Notes: generated by a model from the sequence alone, not told the origin. Positions 1 through 10,310 are shown, numbered from the stretch's first letter. The stretch is 64,000 nt of DNA from a virus (IMGVR_UViG_3300035498_000575:38417-102416), one strand, 5' to 3'. Made by a program: numbers and translations.

Positions 1-181
1 ATGTCCTAAATGTGGTGCATATCACAATAGAGATATCAACGCAGCTAGAAACATAGAGCAAGTTGGTGACATGTGCATAGATTACAAGTTGATTAACGGA
101 AGATACCCAACTAAAAACGTTCATGTGATTACAGGAAAATTAAGATACAAAAAACCAATGTCATACGAATGGTTAAATTAA
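1..181 (+). CDS. C-terminal fragment of a TnpB/Cas12f-family RuvC nuclease (5' end outside the window)
   Basis: The frame starting at nt 2 reads CPKCGAYHNRDINAARNI..., the Zn-ribbon plus RuvC-III signature. Stop TAA at 179-181. Not in the ORF track. Confidence 0.8.
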   Translation, partial: CPKCGAYHNRDINAARNIEQVGDMCIDYKLINGRYPTKNVHVITGKLRYKKPMSYEWLN

Positions 182-248
182 ACAACGATGGAATCTTTAA
201 GATTTCGGAAGGTACAAAGCCTAAATTCTTTGTAAAAACATATAAGTT

Positions 249-276
249 GTCCCAAGGTGTTGACGCACCTTGGGAC
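249..276. other. GC-rich hairpin downstream of the TnpB-like gene (terminator, or IS605-type end/omegaRNA element)
   Basis: GTCCCAAGGTG-ttgacg-CACCTTGGGAC, followed directly by TCAA. Confidence 0.55.
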
Positions 277-497
277 TCAATTAGCCTCGCCTATTTTCAT
301 AACAGTTACATCAAGGATTTTACATGCTATACTAAGGCAAAACTATACTAGTAACTGATATGTTAAATGTTTTCACATCGCTAATTCGAAAGATATAAAT
401 CTTTACTAAAATGTTATATGTATCTGCAAATTTTAATATCTTAATCTATCAAAAATGCGTACATTTAGCCGATTTTTATATTTATGTATAAGATAAA

Positions 498-509
498 AAC
501 AATCCTGTA
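498..509 (+). promoter_or_regulatory. AR9-type late promoter AACA-N6-TA
   Basis: AACA-ATCCTG-TA upstream of nrdD. Confidence 0.65.
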
Positions 510-547
510 ATAAGAAATAAATCTATAATATTTATGAGGTGATTAAA

Positions 548-3500
548 ATGGATTTAAGAATAATTAAAAAGAATGGGGAACTTCAAGATTTTGATATGAA
601 TAAAATCATAACAGCTGTCAATAAATCTGCAAATAGAGTGATGGTAGATTTCACAGATGATGATATAAGACAATTGAAAATGAACGTTAGATCTATGTGC
701 GCTGATTACTGTAATACACATGATGATCTAATTCCAATAGAGGTAATGCACAATATCGTTGAAGTTTCTCTCGATAAAGTAAATAAGGATGTAGCGACTT
801 CATACAGAGAATATAGAAATTACAAAACTAGTTTTGTAGAGATATTAAATAATGTCTACAAAAAGGTGCAGTCAATTATGTACATAGGAGACAAAGACAA
901 TGCAAACACTGACAGTGCCCTAGTTTCAACAAGAAGAAGTTTGATCTACAATCAATTGAATAAAGAACTTTATCAAAAGTTCAATATGAGACCTGATGAA
1001 GTCCAAGCATGTAAAGATGGATATATTTACATACATGATATGGTAGCAAGGAGAGATACAATAAATTGCTGCTTATATGATATGGAAAAAGTTTTAACTG
1101 GTGGATTTGAAATGGGTAACGTTTGGTATAACGAACCAAAAACCATAGATACAGCTTTTGATGTTATGGGAGATATCGTTCTATCAGCTGCAGCACAACA
1201 GTATGGAGGATTTACAATTCCTGAAGTTGATAAGATATTAGAGCCATATGCAATAAAAACGTATGAAATGTATCGCGACGAATTTGCAGAATGTAATGGT
1301 TATACTAGCTATGATAGGATGTTGTGCACAATAAAGAGTTTCTTTGGTTCTAGTGAACAGAATAGGATTCGTTCTAGATGTGAAGAATATGCGAAGAAGA
1401 AGTTAAATCGAGATATTGAACAAGGTTTCCAAGGTTGGGAATATAAATTCAATACAGTAGGTTCTTCACGTGGTGATTACCCATTTATATCTATCTCATT
1501 TGGATTATGTGATAGTGAATTTGGTAAGATGATAAACAAGGCATGTTTAAAGGTAAGAATGAATGGACAGGGAAAAAAGGGAAATAAGAAACCGGTTTTA
1601 TTTCCTAAACTTACTTTTTTATATGATCACAATATACATGGAGAAGGTTGTTCGTCAGAAGATGTTTTTGAAGCAGCCATTAATTGCTCACAAAAAGCCA
1701 TGTATCCTGACTACTTATCTTTAACAGGAGAAGGTTACATCCCATCTATGTACAAAAAGTATGGTAAGGTAGTAAGTTTAATGGGTTGCGTGCATGGCGA
1801 CTCTGAAGTAACTATTTCTTCGGCAGAAAATGGGCAAGAAGATATAAAAATTAGTGATTTATGGAATCGCTTAACAGATGATGGGTATAACGTATTAGAA
1901 CAGATTGAAGGTGAAGACAGATTTACATACATCGATTTTAGCGAAGGCGGTGCACAGATAGATATATATGACCAAATGACTGGATATGTACGCGTTAGAA
2001 AGATAATTAAAAATAAAACTAACGAATGGATTTTATTTAAATTCGGCAATGGTGAGCAATTACAATGCACACCAGATCATCCACTCCCAATATTCTATAA
2101 AGGAAGAATAAGGGCAGATGAAGTTTGTATTGGTGATGAGATCCATTGCTATGATGATGTTGAAGATGGTAATTCAACCAGAGTAGTAAGTATCCAGCAC
2201 ATACCTTGTCATATGGAAGATAGTTACGATGTGGAAACTGATACAGATCATTTCACAGTAAATAATATCTGGTCACACAATTGCAGGGCATCACTATCAC
2301 CTTGGTATGAAAGAGGTGGTATGGAACCAGCAGACGATGACGACTATCCAGTTTTTGTTGGTAGGTTCAACATGGGCGCTATCTCTTTAAATCTCCCGTT
2401 GATACTAGCCAAAGCTAGAAAAGAGAATAGAGATTTTTATGAAGTTCTTGAGTTTTATATGACAATGATTAGAAGGATACATTTGAGGACTTATGAATAT
2501 ATTGGTGAAATGAAAGCTAGCACCAACCCACTTGGATTCTGTGAAGGTGGATTCTACGGAGGTCATTTGCAACCAGATGAAAAGATAAAACCTCTTCTAA
2601 AACCTATGACTATGTCATTTGGTATTACTGCATTAAACGAATTACAAAGATTATATAACGGAAAATCACTACATGAAGATGGTGAATTTTCTCTTGAGGT
2701 CATGAAGTGGATTAATAATAAGATAAATGAATACAAACATGAAGATGGTATATTATATGCAGTATATGGATCACCAGCAGAGAGTTTATGCTTCTCAGGT
2801 GACACACTAGCGTGGACAGAAGACGGAAGAATTCCAATTAAAGATCTTAAAGAGGGAACAAGAGTTTTCTCATACGATGAAACTAGTGGAGACACAGTTC
2901 TCAAGCCAATAGTAAGTCAAAAGATGACATCTCCATCCGATAGGACTATGTATGTTCATTTTGAAAATGGAGACTGTATTTTATGTACGTTCTTCCACCC
3001 ATTTGCTGTATTAAACGGCGATGGTACCAGCATAAAGTATAAACCTGCATATCTTTTAACTGAAGGAGATAATGTTGTGACATCTAGTGGTACTGTCAGA
3101 TTTTCAAATTTCTCAAGCATGCTTGAGGATATTCCGGTATATAATATAGAAGTTGAAGACTTACATAATTACTTTGTATGCTCTACCAAGGAATCTGATG
3201 CCTACCTAGTACATAACTGCGGTCTACAAGCTGAGCAATTTAAGAAATTATATGGTGTAATAGAGAATGTCTCAGATAGAGGATATGTATCCAACAGTTT
3301 TCACGATCATGTTACCGAAGACATCACAGCTATAGAAAAACAGAATGACGAAGGTAGATTTTGGGATCTGTTTAATGGTGGTAAGATACAATACTGTCGC
3401 TATCCATTGAATTATAATGCAGAAGCGATGAGGATTATTGTACGTCGTGCTATGGATAAAGGTTTTTATGAGGGCGTTAATATGAGCTTAGCTTATTGTG

Positions 3501-3670
3501 ACGACTGTGGTCATAGTGAGTTGGAAATGGATGTGTGTCCTAAATGTGGTAGCAGGAATTTAACTAAAATAGATAGAATGAATGGATATCTAGCTTATTC
3601 AAGAGTTAAGGGTGATACAAGATTGAATAAAGCTAAGATGGAAGAAATAAAAGATAGAAAAAGCATGTAA
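548..3670 (+). CDS. nrdD: Anaerobic (class III) ribonucleoside-triphosphate reductase with ATP cone and two inteins
   Basis: N-terminal ATP cone (IIKKNG...FDMNKI), YIYIHD, QYGG, FPKL, MG/CR finger-loop Cys, CDDC...CPKC Zn site, RMNGYL glycyl-radical loop. ATG 548 follows GAGGTGA. Confidence 0.95.
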   Translation: MDLRIIKKNGELQDFDMNKIITAVNKSANRVMVDFTDDDIRQLKMNVRSMCADYCNTHDDLIPIEVMHNIVEVSLDKVNKDVATSYREYRNYKTSFVEILNNVYKKVQSIMYIGDKDNANTDSALVSTRRSLIYNQLNKELYQKFNMRPDEVQACKDGYIYIHDMVARRDTINCCLYDMEKVLTGGFEMGNVWYNEPKTIDTAFDVMGDIVLSAAAQQYGGFTIPEVDKILEPYAIKTYEMYRDEFAECNGYTSYDRMLCTIKSFFGSSEQNRIRSRCEEYAKKKLNRDIEQGFQGWEYKFNTVGSSRGDYPFISISFGLCDSEFGKMINKACLKVRMNGQGKKGNKKPVLFPKLTFLYDHNIHGEGCSSEDVFEAAINCSQKAMYPDYLSLTGEGYIPSMYKKYGKVVSLMGCVHGDSEVTISSAENGQEDIKISDLWNRLTDDGYNVLEQIEGEDRFTYIDFSEGGAQIDIYDQMTGYVRVRKIIKNKTNEWILFKFGNGEQLQCTPDHPLPIFYKGRIRADEVCIGDEIHCYDDVEDGNSTRVVSIQHIPCHMEDSYDVETDTDHFTVNNIWSHNCRASLSPWYERGGMEPADDDDYPVFVGRFNMGAISLNLPLILAKARKENRDFYEVLEFYMTMIRRIHLRTYEYIGEMKASTNPLGFCEGGFYGGHLQPDEKIKPLLKPMTMSFGITALNELQRLYNGKSLHEDGEFSLEVMKWINNKINEYKHEDGILYAVYGSPAESLCFSGDTLAWTEDGRIPIKDLKEGTRVFSYDETSGDTVLKPIVSQKMTSPSDRTMYVHFENGDCILCTFFHPFAVLNGDGTSIKYKPAYLLTEGDNVVTSSGTVRFSNFSSMLEDIPVYNIEVEDLHNYFVCSTKESDAYLVHNCGLQAEQFKKLYGVIENVSDRGYVSNSFHDHVTEDITAIEKQNDEGRFWDLFNGGKIQYCRYPLNYNAEAMRIIVRRAMDKGFYEGVNMSLAYCDDCGHSELEMDVCPKCGSRNLTKIDRMNGYLAYSRVKGDTRLNKAKMEEIKDRKSM
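1787..2281 (+). mobile_element. Mini-intein 1 in NrdD (165 aa)
   Basis: Starts CVHGDS, contains block B CTPDHP, ends YDVET...HFTVNNIWSHN/C. Too short to contain a homing endonuclease. Confidence 0.9.
2789..3217 (+). mobile_element. Mini-intein 2 in NrdD (143 aa)
   Basis: Starts CFSGDT, contains CTFFHPF, ends VYNIEVEDLHNYFV...LVHN/C. Confidence 0.9.
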
Positions 3671-3703
3671 TTAAGAAGAAGCCATTATGGCTTCTTCTTA
3701 ATT
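3669..3703. terminator. Bidirectional terminator-like palindrome
   Basis: AATTAAGAAGAAGCCAT-t-ATGGCTTCTTCTTAATT between convergent genes. Confidence 0.75.
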
Positions 3704-3738
3704 TTCTATGATTTGTATATTTCATCGATATATGATTT

Positions 3739-4995
3739 TTATTTTTCAGTATCTCCCGAATCACTTGATGATTTATCTGTAACTTTTGACTTTTTATTTG
3801 AAGGCTTTTCTGGGGTTTTGAATTTAAAGTCATCAACGGTTGGGTATGGAAGTTCTATATATTTTAATTTCAGATTGTACCTAGCGGCACAAATGCGTAT
3901 CGTCGAGTATGTTGTGTTGAATTCAAGCACTGCTTTACGCAATTCGGCAAATCCTCTATTATCCATTCTTTTATCATACGTCGTCTTATCAGTATACCCA
4001 TGGGTAAATACTCTATTAGCACTAGTATTAATTGATCTTTTACAGTCACCTGATAGCTTCGTTATTAGATCATTCATGTGGTGTACATCCACGTCACTAT
4101 ATTTACAATCATTAATTAATTTTTTGAGATCCTGACGATTAATTTGTTCGAGCATTTCATTCATAGGTCCTGAGATTTTTGCTTTAAATGCGTTTATTGT
4201 GTTACGAGATGTGTACGTTGCATATGAGTTCTTATCAAAGTTAGAGAGACCAGAAGCGACGCGATAATTATAATCATTCGATAGTCCTTTGTCGTAATTG
4301 TCATTCATGAGATGTGATGCTGTACTTCTCTCTATTCCATCTATAGCAGCAGGTACAATTGATTGTAAATAACTGAAGAATCTTAGTACAACATTATCAG
4401 CTCTTTTTAATCTTCTGAGATCTTTGGCGTCTAATCCTTCACCAGTTTCGATCCCTCCAAGAATTCTTTTTGTCTCGTCCATTCTTTTTGGAACGGTTGT
4501 CAAATATCGTACTAATCCTATGGCGACGTTGGCTCCTATCGTTCCAAAGTAGGCTGCGCGTATTATTTTATCTCTTTTTTCACGTTTCTCGCATGCGGCA
4601 ACTAAATCATCGAGATTATCCAGTGATGCTTTTTTCTCAGCATCACTCTTACCTTTAAAATGACTAAGCAGTTTTTTCTTAGCTGCTACAATCTTATTTG
4701 TAGATGCAAGAACATCCTCAACTTCTGCTTGGGTATTTTTTGCCGCCTGATTACCCTCAGGAGTTCCGGGTCCTAAGTTTTTAAGTTGTTCTTGTGTTGG
4801 CATATTATCTTTCTTTGTGAAGAATGATTTAATCTTCTCTATTATTTCTTTTATCTTATTTACAAACTTAGTAAATAAGCCTTCTGATTGTGGAGATGTG
4901 CCACCGTCCTCCATTACTGCTATATAGTAAGAATCTAAATACCATGCTGCTTCATGGCGATCTTTCATACTTTCTAGTATGTATTCATTAATCAT
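3739..4995 (-). CDS. Putative internal head/virion protein
   Basis: N-terminal ILES/VMED/QSEG sites followed by the amphipathic stretch LFTKFVNKIKEIIEKIKSFF, typical of phiKZ-type head proteins. ATG 4995 follows GAAAGGA. Confidence 0.55.
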   Translation of the reverse strand: MINEYILESMKDRHEAAWYLDSYYIAVMEDGGTSPQSEGLFTKFVNKIKEIIEKIKSFFTKKDNMPTQEQLKNLGPGTPEGNQAAKNTQAEVEDVLASTNKIVAAKKKLLSHFKGKSDAEKKASLDNLDDLVAACEKREKRDKIIRAAYFGTIGANVAIGLVRYLTTVPKRMDETKRILGGIETGEGLDAKDLRRLKRADNVVLRFFSYLQSIVPAAIDGIERSTASHLMNDNYDKGLSNDYNYRVASGLSNFDKNSYATYTSRNTINAFKAKISGPMNEMLEQINRQDLKKLINDCKYSDVDVHHMNDLITKLSGDCKRSINTSANRVFTHGYTDKTTYDKRMDNRGFAELRKAVLEFNTTYSTIRICAARYNLKLKYIELPYPTVDDFKFKTPEKPSNKKSKVTDKSSSDSGDTEK

Positions 4996-5051
4996 TAATA
5001 TCAATCCTTTCTTAATATATGTCTATGATTTATTTATATTAAGGTTTATTC

Positions 5052-5060
5052 GGGGGGGGG
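5052..5060. repeat. G9 homopolymer in a divergent promoter region
   Basis: Nine consecutive G in an AT-rich intergenic region. Confidence 0.85.
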
Positions 5061-5132
5061 TAATATTTTAACAATCAGTAGTTCTGTTGTATTTTTTACA
5101 ATTTATTAATATAAATAAAAGGAGATGATACT

Positions 5133-8100
5133 ATGCCAGAAAAAGTCAATAATGCTGATAACTTGTTAGCCGCAATGGGTAATAATACGTTCAGCTTACA
5201 ACAGACGCATGAGAGTGCTGTGAAAGCGATGCAGAACTCATATGTATATCTATCTAAGCTTCAACGAGCTATTGTGGATTACCATACGCCTACGGAGTAT
5301 AGTAGTTTTGACTCACTATCAATAGATGACAAATATGATGTGGTCATACATGTACCATACAATATTATTCATCCAGATGACAGAAGAAAGTACAGAATTA
5401 GTGAATTTTATGACAAAGATATAACGATGGATGATATAATCAATAATCCTGATATTTTCAGATATTTTCCTGTTGTTATTATTGATGAGCAAGTCGTCTG
5501 TATTAAAAAATATAGATTCACTTTAAATGAGACGTTTGATGTTGTATTAGATATTGACAAGTCCTATAGACTCGACGAGCATAGGGTAAAAGTATTCATA
5601 TTTGACAATTATTATATAAGTGATGATAGGGTTACTAGGAAAACATTCGTCAATAATGGATATAAGTTTAATTCTAGGAATATTCTTAGGAAGTGCCCAA
5701 GTGATTTTAATGGCACAATATTTTTATATTTTCATAATGGGTTTACAGTATTCGGTAGTAACTTATATGCGGTGGATCCTTCATATAAAACAACAGGAAT
5801 GATTGATATATCAGCTGGTATTACTGAAGAAACTCTACATCAAGTTCTTGAGGATTCTACTTTATTTTATGTATATGCTATATTTGTACCTGACTTATAT
5901 AAATCGGAAGTATTCGACTATAAGAATCCATACCTTGTTCTTCCTGATGACTATAGTATGCCTGTGCCTAAGGAGAATATAGTGGTAGTTAGTTACAAAC
6001 CTGAGACAGGTTCTATGATGGAAGTTATTAAACCTACTGAGCATATTTATCCTAATATTTACAAATTTGATTGTGAACCTGATAAATCATATCAAGCTTA
6101 TTATTTCTACAAGGATGACGAGGACAAAATTCTTAAGTTTAATAATAAATTTAAATTCTTCTTTGATTACCTTGAATATAAGTATAGTAGGAGCACGACT
6201 CAGATGCTTTTCAATAATATTATGAATGGAAGCATTGAACTTAGCGATAATATGAGTAATTATTTGGATAAAGTAATCAATTATGTGGATCCTTCGTATG
6301 ATTATACCAATAAGAACTTTGATGAATCAAATTTACTATCATTTGATTATAAAACTGGAAAGTTAAGAGAGTTTATAGATTATGATCCATGGATATTGAA
6401 AGACTACATAATAGATCAAAATAAAGTGGGATATAGAAGATATCTGTACGTGAAAGACATTGACCTAGCATCTAGATACAGGTTAAACACATTCGCGGAG
6501 TCAACCTGTGAAAAGGATAATTTGGTATTTGATGAGCCCAGATATGTTTTCATGTTTAAGAATGATTATCCTAATATACTTCATATAAGATTTTATGTAG
6601 ATGGTATTATATGTCCTATTCCACATTCTGTACTTGCACACGGAATTGAGTATTACTACGTCCCAGCATCTATGTTTAAAGATGACAGTGTTGTAGAGAT
6701 TGAAAGACTAGACCAATACAGATTTAGAGAAAAGTTGAATTGTCAATTAGATGTAGAAGGTAATTATTCTCAGATTATACAATTTCCACAATTCAATAAT
6801 GCAAACCCTACTGTGTTTGATATTTATTTCACTGACGCATATGATAGACGACTCACATATTCTGCATTTAAAGTTGAGTCATTGACTGATGGTGCTAAAT
6901 ATTCTATCAATATCAATGAGCAGTCAATTGATTTCAGTGACAAGAATATGCTTGAGAAAATATCGTTTTTTGATTCAAATGATAACCAATATTTTGTTAA
7001 GAATGGAAAATTAGTTGATAGTGAAGGTAATGTGTATAAGGGTTCTTATGATGTACGAGGAACTACAGAAATAGAGCATATAAAGATACAAAACGTAATC
7101 TTGACTAACACCAATGATCAAGGAATAGAGGGAGATATAACTTTATATGACACATCTGGAGCAGAAACTTCTTTTAATGATATCAAATTTAAGGTTGATG
7201 ACATAGGAGAAGTATTGGGATACAATAATAGTTTCCTATTTTTGAAGAGTGGTGTTAAGGTAACTCTTGTTGGTACTATGTATAAAGATAAAGACGTGTG
7301 GATAAACGTTAACAAGCATTCTAGAGGTTTTAATTTCTTTGTTGAATGTCCGTCTGTTCCTAATTTAGTAATACCGGAGGTTAATATACTTCACAGAAGA
7401 AGAAAAGAATATATGAGAGTATTCTTAAATGGTAAATTACTACATCCAGATAGTTGGATATTTAAGTATGTTAAGAAAAAAGGTTATATCCGAATTGCGT
7501 TGAAGAAAGCGTGTAAAAAGGGTGATGTTGTTAGTGTTGACATGAACGTAAACGCATATCGTATTGAGTATCACCTAACAGAAATACCAGAAGATTATAT
7601 AATTGATGTCAATCATTTCTTAGATAAACCTCTAGCATTAGAATATTATGATATATATGTAAATGGTAGGAAACTTAATGAATCGAATGTTACTATTCTT
7701 ACCCCAACTAAGATGATACTCAGTGGGGTACACTCAAGGAAGGATTTACAAATTATATCTAAGGATAGGGACCCAGAATACTACGGATTTGATGAAAATG
7801 GTTGTACTACTGAACTGGATGAATTCATTGACTCTGTATTACCAGAAGATGATAAAGGAGAATTCTATCAACATTTAGTTAACGAGATTAACCCAAACGC
7901 TGACGGTGACAATATTATTTCTGATGATAGTGAAGAATATTTATTAGAAGACGTAGTTTATAACGAAAGAGACTACAATAGGTGGGCTTTTTACTTCAAT
8001 GAGCTTTCGCCTATCGGTCATCTTAACCCTGATCTTGTGCAGTTCAACTATTTGCGTTTAAAGCAATATTACCCTTATATCAATGAGGATTATAAACGAG

Positions 8101-8210
8101 GAACTTCAAAAAGAACTAGGAAAGCAGTAACTACAGATCCAGACATAGTTTATAATGCTGGTGTACGATTACTTGTCGGCGGAATGGTAGATGTTAATGA
8201 TTTAGTATAA
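5133..8210 (+). CDS. Large putative virion structural (tail/baseplate) protein
   Basis: 1025 aa, beta-rich, with repeated (F/Y)(V/L)(N/D)G(K/R) motifs. AGGAG RBS and near-consensus late promoter TACA-ATTTAT-TA at 5097-5108. Confidence 0.55.
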   Translation: MPEKVNNADNLLAAMGNNTFSLQQTHESAVKAMQNSYVYLSKLQRAIVDYHTPTEYSSFDSLSIDDKYDVVIHVPYNIIHPDDRRKYRISEFYDKDITMDDIINNPDIFRYFPVVIIDEQVVCIKKYRFTLNETFDVVLDIDKSYRLDEHRVKVFIFDNYYISDDRVTRKTFVNNGYKFNSRNILRKCPSDFNGTIFLYFHNGFTVFGSNLYAVDPSYKTTGMIDISAGITEETLHQVLEDSTLFYVYAIFVPDLYKSEVFDYKNPYLVLPDDYSMPVPKENIVVVSYKPETGSMMEVIKPTEHIYPNIYKFDCEPDKSYQAYYFYKDDEDKILKFNNKFKFFFDYLEYKYSRSTTQMLFNNIMNGSIELSDNMSNYLDKVINYVDPSYDYTNKNFDESNLLSFDYKTGKLREFIDYDPWILKDYIIDQNKVGYRRYLYVKDIDLASRYRLNTFAESTCEKDNLVFDEPRYVFMFKNDYPNILHIRFYVDGIICPIPHSVLAHGIEYYYVPASMFKDDSVVEIERLDQYRFREKLNCQLDVEGNYSQIIQFPQFNNANPTVFDIYFTDAYDRRLTYSAFKVESLTDGAKYSININEQSIDFSDKNMLEKISFFDSNDNQYFVKNGKLVDSEGNVYKGSYDVRGTTEIEHIKIQNVILTNTNDQGIEGDITLYDTSGAETSFNDIKFKVDDIGEVLGYNNSFLFLKSGVKVTLVGTMYKDKDVWINVNKHSRGFNFFVECPSVPNLVIPEVNILHRRRKEYMRVFLNGKLLHPDSWIFKYVKKKGYIRIALKKACKKGDVVSVDMNVNAYRIEYHLTEIPEDYIIDVNHFLDKPLALEYYDIYVNGRKLNESNVTILTPTKMILSGVHSRKDLQIISKDRDPEYYGFDENGCTTELDEFIDSVLPEDDKGEFYQHLVNEINPNADGDNIISDDSEEYLLEDVVYNERDYNRWAFYFNELSPIGHLNPDLVQFNYLRLKQYYPYINEDYKRGTSKRTRKAVTTDPDIVYNAGVRLLVGGMVDVNDLV

Positions 8211-8222
8211 GGAGTGATAATT

Positions 8223-8906
8223 ATGAGGAGAAGATCCAACTATTCTATCTTAGAAGATACTATGGATCGTTTACTAGAAACTGAGAATATGGCAGCACAA
8301 TTGTTACCTCAGATTGGTAATACCGAGGGTCCTGACTGTATCTCTACTAAGGATATAATCGATATGGTGTCTTCAGCAGATGATGATTATGACGTAAAGT
8401 CATTTACTGATGTAGACAGAGTAGTCAACGAGATGTACAATAATTTATTTGAAGCATCGGTGGAAACGCCTGATGAGATGAAGAGAATTGTAGAACACCT
8501 TGAATCTAAGGGCTACAAGGTTAAGTATGCTAGCCCTGGTCATCTAAATACAAAGTTTAAGAATGACAGAAATGGCGATAGAATATCTAATTCCAAGATG
8601 GTATCTACAGCAAGAATAATATTCAAGAATCCAGAATTAAAGATTGAACCACCATACTTATGGGAACTAAAAATCATGGATGATTGTACTGGCTTATATG
8701 TAAAGCCGTATACATATAATGAAGCTTCCCAAGGTAGTAAGGATGAAGCGTTTATAAAATGGAAGGAAAATTACATGAAGTCCCTAGATGAATGGGCGCA
8801 TAAGAGTGACAACATCGACGGAACAACACAAAAGAAGAGAGATAAGTTATTCTTGACAAATGCAAAAGCTAAGCTTGTCTCTAAGAAGGAAAACGACAAG
8901 AAATAA
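8223..8906 (+). CDS. Hypothetical protein, probably virion
   Basis: AGGAGTGAT RBS, adjacent to the upstream gene, carries LLET/LFEA sites. Confidence 0.6.
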   Translation: MRRRSNYSILEDTMDRLLETENMAAQLLPQIGNTEGPDCISTKDIIDMVSSADDDYDVKSFTDVDRVVNEMYNNLFEASVETPDEMKRIVEHLESKGYKVKYASPGHLNTKFKNDRNGDRISNSKMVSTARIIFKNPELKIEPPYLWELKIMDDCTGLYVKPYTYNEASQGSKDEAFIKWKENYMKSLDEWAHKSDNIDGTTQKKRDKLFLTNAKAKLVSKKENDKK

Positions 8907-8909
8907 ACA

Positions 8910-8934
8910 AGAAGGAAGCGTAACGCTTCCTTCT
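8910..8934 (+). terminator. Hairpin terminator
   Basis: AGAAGGAAGCG-taa-CGCTTCCTTCT. Confidence 0.65.
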
Positions 8935-9079
8935 ATAAAATATGTTTTGTAAGTATATAAACCAAAAATATTTAGGCGAAATGTCTATATGAGAATATAT
9001 TACAATATTGTTTGACAATAGAATTTATTATTTGGACAATATGATAAATCAAAAATTGTTAATATGGAGGAAGAATTCT

Positions 9080-10201
9080 ATGAAAAAGAAAAAAAAGCAA
9101 CAAATATATAATATAAAGATTGATTCGGATAAAGTGATGACTGAACAGGAACTTCGTGAATATTTATATGGTGAAGCTCCTACTTCTCCACTTGAGGTAA
9201 TAGGTTATGAATTATCAGCAGGATACTTTTCTGCATGGTTAGTTGTGATTATATCGATAATCGCATTATTGATAGGCTTGTTTATAGGCGGCTTTGATTG
9301 CGCCCGTAGATTTTCATTGCCTGTTTCAGAAGTATTCTCTCTAAGTCTTTCTAAGTCGGATTATGCGTATAGTCCTATGACTGGACATATAGAATACGGA
9401 TATAATAATTCGACTACGACTGGCTATAATATAACTGATAATCATAATGACGATACCGTCACCGGTCTTGACAGTTTAATTCCCGAAGGAATCAACGTTG
9501 ACGGTGCGACAATTAATATTTATCAAGGAGATGTTTACATAGGAGACACCTATGACGATGCTGTTTATAATTATGAAAACCGAGATAATCAATATATAAG
9601 CGCAACAGATAATTCTGGTAATAGCTCAACACCATCCGTCCAAAATCCGGATAATGATGAAAGTTCGAGTGTTTCAGAATCATCTGACACGGAAAATTTG
9701 GATATCGTTGAAAATAAAAATGATACCGAGTTAGATTCAGATGTCGTTGATGATAGTCAGATTGACGATAACGACGGAATCGAAATTAATATTGAAAACC
9801 AAGATGTTTCTGACGACCAGTTAGACAAATCTGATAATTCTGATATTATTCAGGATAATAGTTATACCCATGCAAATGGGCCTATAGTTTTCAATATTAC
9901 TAAGTCATCAAGTGATGATGGCAACCCAAAAAAAGAAAAAGATGATACTAATATAGATATTCAGGATAGTAAAGATGATGATAATGAAATCGACGTTGAT
10001 TCTCCCGACCAGCCAATCGTGGAGGATACTGACGCTGATGACGTTATTACCATAGGTGATAGCCTAAGACTAGATGAATCTGGTTATACAAATTCATCTA
10101 GTGGAAGTCTATCCCAACTTTACTATGGCGTTATAATAAGCGCATTTTGGATGTTAATCACAATAGGTATAGTTGTATATCTCAAAAAACATAAGATGTA
10201 G
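9080..10201 (+). CDS. Membrane protein with two TM helices flanking an acidic D/S/N-rich domain
   Basis: GGAGG RBS at 9066. Hydrophobic segments AWLVVIISIIALLIGLFIGG and LYYGVIISAFWMLITIGIVVYL, then KKHKM. Confidence 0.75.
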   Translation: MKKKKKQQIYNIKIDSDKVMTEQELREYLYGEAPTSPLEVIGYELSAGYFSAWLVVIISIIALLIGLFIGGFDCARRFSLPVSEVFSLSLSKSDYAYSPMTGHIEYGYNNSTTTGYNITDNHNDDTVTGLDSLIPEGINVDGATINIYQGDVYIGDTYDDAVYNYENRDNQYISATDNSGNSSTPSVQNPDNDESSSVSESSDTENLDIVENKNDTELDSDVVDDSQIDDNDGIEINIENQDVSDDQLDKSDNSDIIQDNSYTHANGPIVFNITKSSSDDGNPKKEKDDTNIDIQDSKDDDNEIDVDSPDQPIVEDTDADDVITIGDSLRLDESGYTNSSSGSLSQLYYGVIISAFWMLITIGIVVYLKKHKM

Positions 10202-10280
10202 GCTAAAATCTTATGAATTTTGATTTGTACAAATATATCCATCCAACTTTATGAATGGAGTATTAGTTTTGAATATAAAA

Positions 10281-10310
10281 AAGAAGCAAGACTTTATGGT
10301 CTTGCTTCTT
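10281..10310. terminator. Terminator-like hairpin overlapping the 3' end of the TnpB-like gene
   Basis: AAGAAGCAAGAC-tttatg-GTCTTGCTTCTT. Confidence 0.6.

Noticed and set aside
169-351. 60-aa ORF in the track
   Set aside because: No RBS; it overlaps the TnpB-like stop and runs through the hairpin, so it is probably spurious.
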